From: Octopus vulgaris
Lineage: Eukaryota
Assembly (NCBI GenBank): GCA_951406725.2
Contig: OX597821.1
Coordinates: 46,066,001 to 46,130,000 of the forward strand
Direction: 5' to 3'
Length of the DNA stretch: 64,000 nucleotides
Position 1 is the stretch's first letter, and the number at the start of each line of letters is the position of its first letter. Of this stretch, positions 42,790 through 55,909 are shown piece after piece. The position numbers and the translations under genes were made by a program. The notes under the pieces are model-generated. The model worked only from the letters and a program-made list of their open reading frames with translations, was not told the DNA's origin and made no database searches.

Positions 42790-43257
42790 TTCAATGAAAC
42801 TTAATCGTCAGTATAGTTTCCATGATTATCTATGTCATCTGTCCATTTACTCGTAAACTTTTAATCCCATTAGTGAAAAACTCTTTCGGTTTCGAAGAGA
42901 AGAACTCTAAAAGGTAAATTTCGACTTCCTCAGTTGTTTCGAGGGTTAACCCATCCAAATGATTCTGTAAATTACGGAACAAACGGTTATCCGAAGGAAA
43001 AAGTCTGGAAAATAAGGGGGATGAGCAATTTTCTCCTGGCCAAGTTCCTCAGTTTCTGTGATGTGACCTTTGCAGTGTGGGGTCTTCCATTGTCCTGATG
43101 AAACACCACACCCTTTTGATTGAATAAAACAGGTCCTTTTTTCTTCTTCTTCAAAGCAGCGTTCAAACGCTCTAATTATTGGCAGTAGATTTGAGCATTG
43201 ATTGCTGCATTAGTTGGTAGCAACTAAAGTGGATGTCTTCTTTGCAATCCCAAAACC
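42790..43257 (-). pseudogene. mariner transposase C-terminal relic
   Basis: INAQIYCQ*LERL; KGVVFHQDNGRPHTA; AHPPYFPD; LFRNLQNHLDG; FFSSKPKEFF. Confidence 0.88.
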
Positions 43258-43259
43258 AG

Positions 43260-43879
43260 ACCCTCGGCACGCAGAAATCGACAAGAAGGCAAGACAGAAA
43301 GAGCTCTGTCGACACAAGCCGTAATAAGATCAAACAGGAAGCTACTAGTTCAAGAAATAAGAGATAGGTAGAGAAATAAGAGATAAGCTACGATAGGAAA
43401 TTGATAAATATGGTCAAATTCGTGGTTATGGTGAAAATTTTGTTATGTCGAGGGCGTCAATATAGGTTTCACCAAATTTTCCAAAGCAAAATCCCACTAA
43501 TAGGTGACAGAGGAGAGTAAATTGTCAGTGAATCTGGTTTTATGGGAACAGTAGTAGCGTCATTAAGGGAGTAAAGAGATTCAAGGTGATGTAGGCTTTC
43601 GTTATCTTACAAGTTGGTATAATAGGACGATATTTAGCAAGATTAGAGATGTCTTTCTTGGGAATGGGTCACACTGTAGTACGTTTCCAGATATCAAGGT
43701 AGATTCCTGTTGAAAGTGAAAAATTTAATGAGTATAGAGGAAAGTGTGTAATGGAGCGCAGGCGGGACAGGCGGCTTCGTTGACAGGGTTAGAGTGGCAG
43801 GAGATTAGCTAAGTGTATTCAATGTGAAATTGCCTGGAAATGAAAGTGATGGTTTTCTCAGCGTGGGTCCTGCTCATAG

Positions 43880-43880
<1 letters not shown>
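43260..43880 (-). pseudogene. Degenerate LINE RT, N-terminal part
   Basis: SLSTGIYLDIWKRTTV*PIPKKDISNLAKYRPI. Confidence 0.7.
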
Positions 43881-43934
<54 letters not shown>

Positions 43935-44216
43935 TATATAATATCAGGGAGTATAAACTTATTTTATTTTTTCTTTATGACTTGGTTTATGTCTATCATT
44001 GTTTAAATTGCATAATAGTGGTTTTTCTCTAATATATATATATATATATATACATGTGTGTGTGTGTGTGTGTGTGCATATAGATATATGTATATATATG
44101 TATATGTGTACATATATATATATACATACACACATACATACATGCATATATATATGTGTGTGAATACATATATATGTATGTATATATATATATATATATA
44201 CATACATATATGTATG

Positions 44217-44306
<90 letters not shown>

Positions 44307-44364
44307 CAGAATGAGATAAAAAATTCAAGGCTGTGAAAGATTTCAGAACATTTATAAAGAGAAG

Positions 44365-44412
44365 GTCTTACAGCTGTTTCCGGAATATTTTATATATCCC
44401 CTCATCAGAGAC
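44365..44412 (-). ncRNA. Type I hammerhead ribozyme motif
   Basis: GUCU-CUGAUGA-G-GGGAUAU-loop-AUAUUCC-G-GAAA-CAGCUG-UA-AGAC; canonical core, palindromic stem III, one mismatch at base of stem II; about 60 nt upstream of (TA)n. Confidence 0.75.
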
Positions 44413-44842
44413 GGTGCGAGAAAATGTTTAAGTAATAGCTATTATAGAGAAGATATGAAATACACTGTGAAGTGGAAGAATGAAAACAGACGTGAGATAC
44501 GTAAGGATATTGTATCTGCAGTTCCATTATTGAAGCAGAATGGGATATATATAAGTTTTCTGTATCTTGCATGCTAATACACGACCTACGTTGGACTCCT
44601 CATTCGTATCATCATCGAACCTGGAGCTTAACTATAGTCTGTCCATAGCACTTACTCAACATTACCTGACACCTTTGGCTCTTCTTGACACCAATACCTC
44701 TCATACCCTACATATATATATAGTTGAAATTTACAGAAAAGCAAAAGACGAACACAGGTGTATTAACAACAAGCCCGAGAAGATGAGAAGGTCTATTACG
44801 TTTCGAGCCTACACTCTTCAACAGAAAGGGACACGAGGAAAT

Positions 44843-44901
<59 letters not shown>

Positions 44902-45315
44902 TGGAGCTTGCGGTCAGTCTTTAAATTTGTTTATGGGAATCGTTTTGAATATGCAAATAAAGCTCCTATTCTATTATGCCGGCCAAAGTTTAATGATGCC
45001 GACTGGTGGAAAAGGGTTTTGGAGTTGCATCGAGCTGTACCGATCTAATATAGGGTAAATATAATAATAATAATAATAGCAATAATCCTCGGATGGAATT
45101 CATAAACAGTCAATGCATCGTTACGCGCGTTTCCCAACGATACTACAGATTGCATTGTAATCATCTCAGGAATACGGACTGCGATCTTAAGAGACGTGTG
45201 ATATATGGAAACGCGCTAGCGATTCATTAAATGTCTCTTCTTCTTTTTCTTGTTGTTGTTGTTGTTGTTGTTGTTATTATTATTATTATTATTATTATTT
45301 ATATTAATATTAATA

Positions 45316-45350
<35 letters not shown>

Positions 45351-45357
45351 ATTAATA

Positions 45358-45421
<64 letters not shown>

Positions 45422-46735
45422 CATTATTATGCGTATATATGTGTGTGTGTGTTTTAGGTTAGTTAAAAGATGTTTGTGACATGTTTCAACTTTTAAAGGC
45501 AAATTGATTTCAGTTACCGTAAGAGAAGATATTCTATCTTATGGTAAAAGATGTAAAAACAGCACATTTGTCGAGTGCTTCCCTCTAGCGGAGATTCCCA
45601 GACACGCGTCACTTGCTTTTTAGCCATCCTGAATGGCAAAGGCCGAAAGGAGATAATCTTTGGTATATTTAATATAAAGCCGCAGCTTTAGCTAGAATAC
45701 AGTGAACATCATAAAGTGATTTGCACTAGTGGACTGCCTGGTCGAAATAAAAGTAGCAGCAACAGCACCAAGCAATGATTAGGAATAAACAAACTCATAA
45801 TTAACCAGGCGGTTATGTCGACTGTTCAGTTAACGATATGGCTTTGAGTTTGCTCACAGTTATCTCTCTTCGGTATTTCCCATTGAGAAAGGTTAAAAAG
45901 CCAGAAACACACTGTTAGAGGAAATCTGTTAGAGGCAACCGTAAGGGTGGATAGATGTTTTTATATCTTTGGCCATAAATTTAAAAAAATTTTTTTTTCG
46001 CCTCTGTAACTGCACTGAATTCGCCTTTAGTACTTAAAATATATCACAAGCATATTTTAAATAAATTAAAGTTCATTCATTTCTAATCACTGTTTGGCGT
46101 TGATATGTATGCATGTATGTATGTATGTATGTATGTATGTATGTATGTATGTATGTATGTATGTATGCATGCATGCATGCATGTATGTATGTATCTATGT
46201 ATGTATGTATGTATGTATGTATGCATGCATGCATGCATGTATATATGTATGTATGTATGTATGTTTGCATGCATGTATGTATGTATTATGTATGTATGTA
46301 TGTATGCATGCATGCATGTATGTATGTATGTATGTATGTATGTATGTATGTATGTATGTATGTATGTATGTATGCATGCATGTATGTATGTATGTTTGCA
46401 TGCATGCATGTATGTATGTATGTATCCATGTATGTATGTATGTATGTATGTATGTATGTATGTATGCATGTATGTATGTATGTATAACATTTTTCCTTTC
46501 TCTCATATGTTATACAGTCGACGGATACGAAGGAATTCCTGAAGTAAATTCAGTGACGCTCATATCCATATTGTTGGTGATACCAGGTAGCTGGATAGAG
46601 TCGGCGTACTTTAAGCGGTATACTATCAGGTGCATACCCAACATTATTATTTATATACGCGCACACACGCGTGCACACACACGCGTGCACACACACGCAT
46701 GCACACACACACACACACACTTATGTGTGTGTGTG

Positions 46736-46801
<66 letters not shown>

Positions 46802-46844
46802 TTCTAAATGGTGTAATATAAATTGATAAAAGGTGGGTTTTATC

Positions 46845-46917
<73 letters not shown>

Positions 46918-47038
46918 TGTGTGAAATTTGATTTAGTATTTCTAAATTGCAATTTTTTCCATGTAAAATTTGGATTTATATTCCTTCAAATAATAATTAT
47001 TTATATATATATATATAACCGAAGTAACTGCTAAAACA

Positions 47039-47069
<31 letters not shown>

Positions 47070-47083
47070 TGTATGTATGTATG

Positions 47084-47114
<31 letters not shown>

Positions 47115-47550
47115 GCATTAACATATATATCATATATGCAAATTCAATTGTCCTTCCTGGTTTTCGGTTTGTACGTGATTATCACTTTTTTCTTTGTCGT
47201 ACGTATACAATACGGAAATACCGTTTCATCGGTTTTCATTATGCTACAACGAACGGTGAGTCAGACACAACTCTAAGACGACTCCTGAGTCAGAATAGTT
47301 TTCTTTATATCTCCACTCATCTCACGTCACCTTCAAATAATGCATCTGATACTTTCGTGATCGACTTATAAATTTTCAGTCGATTTATCAAGAGAAAAAG
47401 TTGTTGTTTTTTTTTTATATATACTGATATCGACTTGAAAATGGAGAAAGATGCAATAGAAACCGCGAACAACTTAGTATTACAGAAGTAATGCTAGAAC
47501 AAGGAAAACATGAATATGATATGTATTTTACATATATATATATATATATA

Positions 47551-47950
47551 CTAGCAGTATCGCCCGGCGTTGCTCGGGTTTGTAAGGGAAATAACTATAT
47601 AAGCATTTTTAGAGAGTTATAGCCAAAAAATAGCAAAACAATGCATTAAAAATGGAAACAAAATGATGGTAAATTTTTTTTTAAAATCGTTGACTCATCG
47701 TAGACATTTTTAGAGAGTTACTTCCCTTATATAATAGCGGAAAAAATGCATTAAAATGGAAAAAAATGATGGTAATTTTTTTTTTAAATCGTAGACTCAT
47801 CGTAGACGCGCGCTAATATCCAGAAGGGCTCGATATGAATTACGACTACAAGATACCCGGTTTTGGTTACACTGCACCGCAAAATGTGGGAGTAGTTAGG
47901 AATCTAAATCGTAGGAGACAGACACGCAACTTCACTTTTATATATAAAGA
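47551..47950 (-). mobile_element. Non-autonomous Helitron
   Basis: TC...CTAG termini, subterminal hairpin, A|T target; closely matches 62695-63091. Confidence 0.9.
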
Positions 47951-48007
47951 TATATACATTTGTGATTAGTGTGTGTGTGTGTGTGTGTGTGTTATGTGTG
48001 TGTGAGT

Positions 48008-48071
<64 letters not shown>

Positions 48072-48107
48072 ACGCACACTAACAATATATATTATATATT
48101 ATATAAA

Positions 48108-48520
48108 GGCGGCGAGCTAGCAGAAACGTTAGCGCGCCGGGCGCAATGCTTAGCGGTATTTCGTCTGTCGCTACGTTCTGAGTTCAAATTCCGCCGAGGT
48201 CGACTTTGCCTTTCAACCTTTCGGGGTCGATAAATAAAGTACCAGTTTCACACTGGGGTCGATATAATCGACTTAATCCGTTTGTCTGTCCTTGTTTGTC
48301 CTCTCTATGTTTAACCCCTTGTGAGTAGTAAAGAAATGTATTTCGTCTGTCGTTACGTTCTGAGTTCAAATTCCGCCGAGGTCGACTTTGCCTTTCAACC
48401 TTTCGGGGTCGATAAATAAAGTACCAGTTTCGCACTGGGGTCGATGTAATCGACTTAATCCGTTTGTCTGTCCTTGTTTGTCCCCTCTATGTTTAGCCCC
48501 TTGTGGGTAGTAAAGAAATA
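48108..48520 (+). mobile_element. Tandem pair of SINE family B (full plus 5'-truncated)
   Basis: 48108-48338 followed immediately by 48339-48520. Confidence 0.9.
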
Positions 48521-48538
48521 TATATACATTTGTGATAA

Positions 48539-48569
<31 letters not shown>

Positions 48570-49064
48570 TGTACATGCACACTTCCAATATATATTATAT
48601 TTATACATACACGTATATAAATATGTACATGTCACACGCACACACGCATTGCCTATGCAGTATATAAAGCGGTAAAGCTGGCAGAATGGTTACGGTGCCG
48701 GATAGAAATACTTAACGACATTTCATCCGGCTTGACGTTCTGAATTTAAATGCTGCCACAGCAACTTTGCTTTTCATCCTGTCGAGGTCGATAAAATAAG
48801 TATCAGTTGAACCCTAGGGGGGTCGATGTAATCGACTGGTGCCTTCCCCCACAAGCGCTGACCTTGTGCCAAAATTGGAAACCATTGGAAACCGGTATTG
48901 GTGTGTTTACATCTACGTAGTGTAGCGGTCCGGCAAACGATTCCAATAAAATAAGTGGTAGGCTTAAAAGAAATAAGTATTGGAGTCGAATCATTCGACA
49001 ACAAATTCTTCAAAGAGATGCCCCAGCATAGCCGTTGTCTAATGACTGAAACTAGTAAAAAACA

Positions 49065-49095
<31 letters not shown>

Positions 49096-49162
49096 CATAC
49101 ATACATACATACGTACATACATACATATATATACATATACATACATGTATATGTATATGTAT

Positions 49163-49242
<80 letters not shown>

Positions 49243-49452
49243 GTATGTATATATATATATATATAATATAATTCGAGACAATTTAATTTATTTAATTTAT
49301 ATTAAAATTTTATGTATTGATTAAGTCTTTCCTTGTTTGGTTTTAAAATAGTGGTTTTGTCTCGAATTATATTATATAATATTTTACTATAAAATTGGAT
49401 TTAACCCTAAATCTGATTTTTCCCTGTAATTTTGGATTCATTCCCTAATATT

Positions 49453-49494
<42 letters not shown>

Positions 49495-49578
49495 TTTATT
49501 TTTTTATGTTTATATTTTCCAGTTCAGCTCTTGAGCTGTGGCCATGCTGGGGCACCGCCATTTATATATATATGTATA

Positions 49579-49657
<79 letters not shown>

Positions 49658-49741
49658 TGCTTCCATATTTCCTGAGCGCCTATTAATAATAATACTGTAA
49701 TTGTTCCACTGTTGTTGTTTTTTTGTTTTCCCGTTTGGATT

Positions 49742-49861
<120 letters not shown>

Positions 49862-50427
49862 AAATAAAGTATATATATATTCTATACATATCTGTATATT
49901 ATATATATATATAGAGAGAGAGAGATAGTGAGTGAGAGAGAGGTGTATAAAATACATGTACTTTGTTTCAGTCACTAGACCTATGGCCATGCTGGGGCAT
50001 CGTTTTAAAGAACTTTTAATTGAACGAATCAACACCCGTGCGTATTTTTTTAGCCTGGTACTTACACACACACACACACATACACACACAACACACACAT
50101 GCACACACACACACATACACACTCACACACACATGCATGTACACGCACGCATACACGCACATACACACACAGACGTTAATATACATATATGCATAAAGAT
50201 GAGCTGACAGAATCGCTAGCATTCCGAACTTGATGCTCAGCGGTATTTCGTCCGGCTTTAACGTTCTGAGTTCAAATTCCGCCGAGGTCGACTTTGTTTT
50301 TCATCTTTTTCAGGGTCTATAAAATAAGTATCAATCGGGCACTGGGTCAATGTACCTGACTAGCCACCCCCACTCCCAATTTCAGGCTTTGTGCTTACGA
50401 TAGACACTTTATACATCCATACACGTA

Positions 50428-50858
50428 TACTCTTTTACTCTTTTTACTCTTTTACTTGTTTCAGTCATTTGACTGCGGCCATGCTGGAGCACCGCCTTTT
50501 AGTCGAGCAACTCGACCCCGGGACTCATTCTTTTTGTAAGCCCAGTACTTATTCTATCGGTCTCTTTTTGCCGAACCGCTAAGTAACGGGGACGTAAACA
50601 CACCAGCATCGGTTGTCAAGCAATGCTTGGGGGACAAACACAGACACACAAACACATACACACATATACATATATACATACATACATACATATATACGAC
50701 AGGCTTCTTTCAGTTTCCGTCTACCAAATCCACTCACAAGGCATTGGTCGGCCCGGGGCTATAGTAGAAGACACTTGCCCAAGTTGCCACGCAGTGGGAG
50801 TGAACCCAGAACCATGTGGTTGTTTAGCAAGCTACTTACCACACAGCCACTCCTGCAC
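50428..50858 (-). mobile_element. SINE family A, full length
   Basis: Reverse copy of 25049-25463 with repeated gagtaaaa tail. Confidence 0.92.
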
Positions 50859-51498
50859 GTATGTGTCAGTGACCTTGCTAATGTTTACCGGCGTCAATTC
50901 GAGGCGTTAAGGTTTGGCTTTTTAACGTAAAGACCGTAAAGTAGTTCTTTTTTTTTTTATGTATGTGGGTTGAACTTGTGCTAATCAATGTTTGTATGGG
51001 GAGGGGGAGGGGTAGATAATAGGAGTTAAAGGGTGTGTCGGTGTGAAATAAGGGAGTGAAGGGTGGGGCATTTAATTCATTAACCCGTAAAGCAATAATT
51101 TTTACCCTCCCTCTCCTTGTACATCTCTTCTCCTATACGTCACCTCTCACCTGACACCACCGCATGATTTCATCCTACTCCTCCCCTTCTCATGTAACCA
51201 CGTCACTACTACAACTACAACCACCACCGCCGCCGCCGCCACCACCACCACCACCGCCGCCACCACCACCACCACCACCATCACCGACTCCTACCTAACT
51301 CGTTCTTCTCGTATTCGTCATTTTTTCTCTACCTCTTCCACCTCTTCTTACACATCTTACTCCGCCTCCACCTCCCTCTTTCTACAACTCTTCTTGCTCC
51401 TGCTCCAACTCCCTCTTCCAGCAACTCTTCTGCTCCTACTCGCGTCCTATCACCGACACCATCGTCTTTCACTACTATCTCCATAATCGGTCTTCCCA

Positions 51499-51543
<45 letters not shown>

Positions 51544-52231
51544 CACACACACACACCACCGCCACCGCCACCACCATCTTGGTCATTGCAATATCAACGT
51601 ATTCATAACTCCCCGACCATCATCATCCATCCCTTTCATAATCATCACCAAGGTCGTCTTCATCACCACCATCACCACCATCATCACCATTTGAACCAAT
51701 CAAAAACATCTATCTGGTTGCTCGATCTGCTAGACATAGAAACCAAACCGATCAATCGTCTTTAAATTACAGATATTTTCGGATAAGGTCACGATGGTCA
51801 CGACTTCAATTTCTTTTTTTTTTCATCGTGGGGTCTCAACCACCACCAACAGCACAGTCATCGCTAACGTCACCACCACCACCACCACCACCACCATCAT
51901 CACCACCACCATTAATAACCACAAGTTCCCATCATTCCAAGTTCCCATCATTCCCATCATTCTCATCACCGCCACCACCACTTACATTTGCCAACACTAC
52001 TTTCATCACCGACACTGCAGTCACCACCACTACCACTACCACCCCTCCAACGTAATCACTACAATTATAATCACTACAGCTACTACCACCGTCACTAAGA
52101 GCAAGCAACACCATCTTCACCGACTACTCACTCCATTGGCACTGTTTCTCTGCCAAGCAGCAAGAATAGCCGAAATGCCATTTCCATCAACAGCCCTTAC
52201 CACCACCACAACCACCACAAGCACCACCATC

Positions 52232-52263
<32 letters not shown>

Positions 52264-53543
52264 TACGACTATCAACAACACTGCACGAAAACTCGCTATC
52301 AACGTTGCCTCTATTTCCTGTCCTGCCCTCTACCTATCACTATCAACTCCACCTCCATTACCCCCCCTCCACGCCTCCACCCACCCCCACTCTCACACAC
52401 ACACACATCTCACTACTATCACCACCACTGCAACACTCACACACATACATACATACATACATATATACACACACAGCTCCCATTTACTCTACTGCACACG
52501 CACGCTGACATACATGCAACATTGCCTTCATTACTACAACAATACACACACACACACACACACGCACACACACGCACACGCATTCAATTACTCCAACCCC
52601 ATCTCCGACAAACACGCGCTCGACACGGACTCTTTTACCCCCACAGAGACACGTAAGCAACCCTTCCCCTCTCCCCCATACTACTACCACCACTACTCAG
52701 AAGACACAGCGCGCGTATACACACAGATACACACACACACACGCACACACACGCACACACACACACACAATGGCACAACCTCCATAACCACACCACTACC
52801 ACTACCTACGCTATTTCCTCTGTACTGTTACTACCACAATACTCACTACGACACCACCACTATTTACCTCTATGTTGTGACTACTATAATACTTCGCCCC
52901 CATCGTCACCATTTACAGTCAGACAGAGAGAGAGAGACAGAGAGAGAGAGAGACAGGGAGAGAGAGAGAGAGACAGAGAGAGCGCCAAACAACATCGCCC
53001 TTACTTTTCCCTCGCCCCAACGCTTACCACCAACGCCGCCGCCGCCGCCACCGTCAGCACCCATATTATCACTACTACCTTCACCACAACCCGAACCCTA
53101 ACCCTAACCCTACTTCCGCTGTCACTGCTACAGCCCCACCACTCCCCCAACACTACCTTCATCAACACCTTCACTGACCTTACCATTCCTTGCCTTCATG
53201 TCAAATAACCAATTTTCTTGCAATCACCACCACCACCACCACCACCACAGACCACCACCACCACCATCACCACTACCACAGACCACCACCATAGAACAGG
53301 CTACTACCACCACTACTGCACACACAGTGCACCCACAACCACAGCTGCACAGCCCATCACCGCCACTACCACATTGTCCAACAACACCACTACCACCAGC
53401 GCAGTACATTCCCACCACCACCACCACCGCCGCCAGTACTGCCTTCCGACTGCAGACTTGTTTCTGTTCAAAGCTTCTTTTCTCCTCCTCTCTCTCTCTC
53501 TCTCTCTCTCACTCTGCTTCTCTCCCTCTTTATCTATCATTCA

Positions 53544-53599
<56 letters not shown>

Positions 53600-54814
53600 G
53601 CCTGTCTATCTATCTATCAGCCTATGTGTTACTGTATCTCCCTCTGCCTTCCTCACTCACTCACTCACTCCCTCACTCACTCACTCACTCGCTCACTCAC
53701 TTCTTTCACTCACTCACTCACTCACTCGCTCACACGCTCACTCACACATTCACTCACTTATATAATCACTATCCCTCACCATTCTATTTTCGAGTAAACA
53801 ATGAAGCAAAACATAAAAAAATACATACTAAAATCCCACCCCCACTTCTCACTCCCTATCACTCTCTCTCACTCCCTCTCACTCCCCCTCTCTCTCTCTC
53901 TCTCTCTCTCACTCCCCACACTCCTACTATAACACTACTACGATCTCACATTCCCATTCTATACATTTTATAGTTTTGCCTCTCTCCTTACTCGCCCTAC
54001 CACTCCTCTTTTCCCTTTCAGTTTTCTCTTTCCTTTTTCTTTCTTTGCCATATTACACCTTCCTCTCTCTCTCTCTCTCTCTCCTTCTCCCTCTCTTTGT
54101 CACTTTCCTTCACTACTCTCTCAACCTCTCTTTCCCGCCTCATTAGCTCACATTCTCAAACCTTACATCACCCTCCCTCTTATTACCTGCATTTCTTTCA
54201 CTATCCCTCTTTTTTTTTTCACTCCCTCTTCCCCTTCCTCTTATTCACTGACACTGCTACACTTTTCTCTTTCCCTCACTCACACACGCATCCTCTTTCC
54301 CCTCCTTTTATTTTCTGACATTTACGTTCGTCTCCCTCCTCCTCCTCCTCCGCACTCCTCACTGATGTCTTTCTTTCCTCTACCTCACTATTCAACTCCC
54401 CCTTTCCTCTATATCTTCTCTAATAATTCCTATCACCTCCACCTCCACCTCCTTCTCAGACGCTCTCACTTTCTCTCATCACCTTCAGCTTGTCTTTCCT
54501 TCTTCACCTCCACACAGCTTCTCTTGCTCCCTTCTCTTTTCACAATATTTACCCCTTTCCCCCCTCTCACTTCCCCTCTAGTTTCACCGTTTCCTTCTCC
54601 CCCTCCACACTTCTTTGTTTTCTCGTTTCTTTTTCTTCCCTTCCTTTTCCTTTCTACAACACCTTCCCAGCTTGTTTCATTTTCTAATCTCATAATCACT
54701 CCCACCACCTTAAACTGTCTCCCATTCCCTCTCCCTTTTACTCTTACCCATTCCCTCTCTCTCTCTCTCCCTCTTTCTGTCGTCCCCTCTCTCCCTCCTC
54801 TTGCATTTTTCCAG

Positions 54815-55049
54815 ATGGTTTATTAAATGTCGAATGAAGAAGAGCAGCAAAACCAGTCAGCCGTCACCACCCCACGGACAACTGAGACAGCTGAGGACAC
54901 GAGTCTGGACATTTGAGGAGAGAGTCAGGCTAGAAACAGACAATTGCTGTAGTGAAGAAGAGCTGAGCTCAATGATGATGAAGAGTGATCGCCCAACACC
55001 AGCAGCAATAACAACGTCGGAAACAGCTGCATCGCATCATCAGCAATAA
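54815..55049 (+). other. Candidate host exon of unknown gene
   Basis: Long pyrimidine tract ending tttttccag, then non-repetitive sequence open in one frame (WFIKCRMKKSS...HHQQ*); no recognisable domain. Confidence 0.3.
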
Positions 55050-55134
55050 TAACAACAACAGCAGCAAAACCATCAGCATCAATGGCATCCAGGAAACAAT
55101 ATCAACAGTCAAATGATGAATCAATAGGAGGGGG

Positions 55135-55478
55135 GTAGAAGGGGGGAGAAGAAGGAGGAGGAGAGAAGGAGGAGTAGGGGATAAGAAGAAGAAGAAGGGG
55201 GGACGAGGAGGAGGAGGAGAAGAAGGAGAAGAAAAAGAAGAAGAAGAAGAAGGGGGGACGAGGAGGAGGAGAAGGAGAAGAAGAAGAAGAAGAAGAAGAA
55301 GAAGAAGAAGAAGAAGAAGAAGAAGAAGAAGAAGAAGAAGAAGAAGAAGAAGAAGAAGAAGAAGAAGAAGAAGAAGAAGAAGAAGAAGAAGAAGAAGAAG
55401 AAGAAGAAGAAGAAAAGAAGAAGAAGAAAAGAAGAAGAAGAAGAAGAAGAGGAGAAGAAAAAGAAAAGGAAGAAGACT
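55135..55478. repeat. (GAA)n/(GAG)n purine tract
   Basis: Directly visible. Confidence 0.97.
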
Positions 55479-55680
55479 GAAGTAGGAGTTGGATGGCGAA
55501 CTACATCATCAGCAACAATAACAGCACCAGGGGTCGTAGCAACAATAACAACGAGCGAGCCTCTACATGGTTGCTTCAGCTATCAACATAGAACCAAATA
55601 TTTCCTTAAGAAGGAAGAACATAATAGAAATCTAAGACCTACGAAGCTGGTATTCGTAATTCATGGCATAATTAAAAGTA

Positions 55681-55906
55681 CTGTAATCCCTCGACTATCG
55701 CGGCTGTTACGTTCCAAAAGCCCCCGCGAGCGACAGGTGAAAATCCGCGAAGTAGAAGCAGTACTGTGTGTTTTTTTTTAAATTATTTTTATAATTTGTA
55801 TATATTTATTTTATTATAAATGCAAAACAACACCACGGATGAATCGACGTAAGCTTAAATAATTAAACCGCGATAGGTGAACGGTGATATGGCGAGGGAT
55901 TATCTA
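55681..55906. mobile_element. Tigger/pogo-like MITE
   Basis: Terminal inverted repeats ctgtaatccctcgactatcgcg / gtgatatggcgagggatta; preceded by TA. Confidence 0.65.
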
Positions 55907-55909
55907 TTT

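Noticed and set aside
51794-53101. 435 aa Thr/His/Pro-rich ORF
   Set aside because: Built from (CAC)n, (CA)n and (GA)n low-complexity tracts that lack stops by composition
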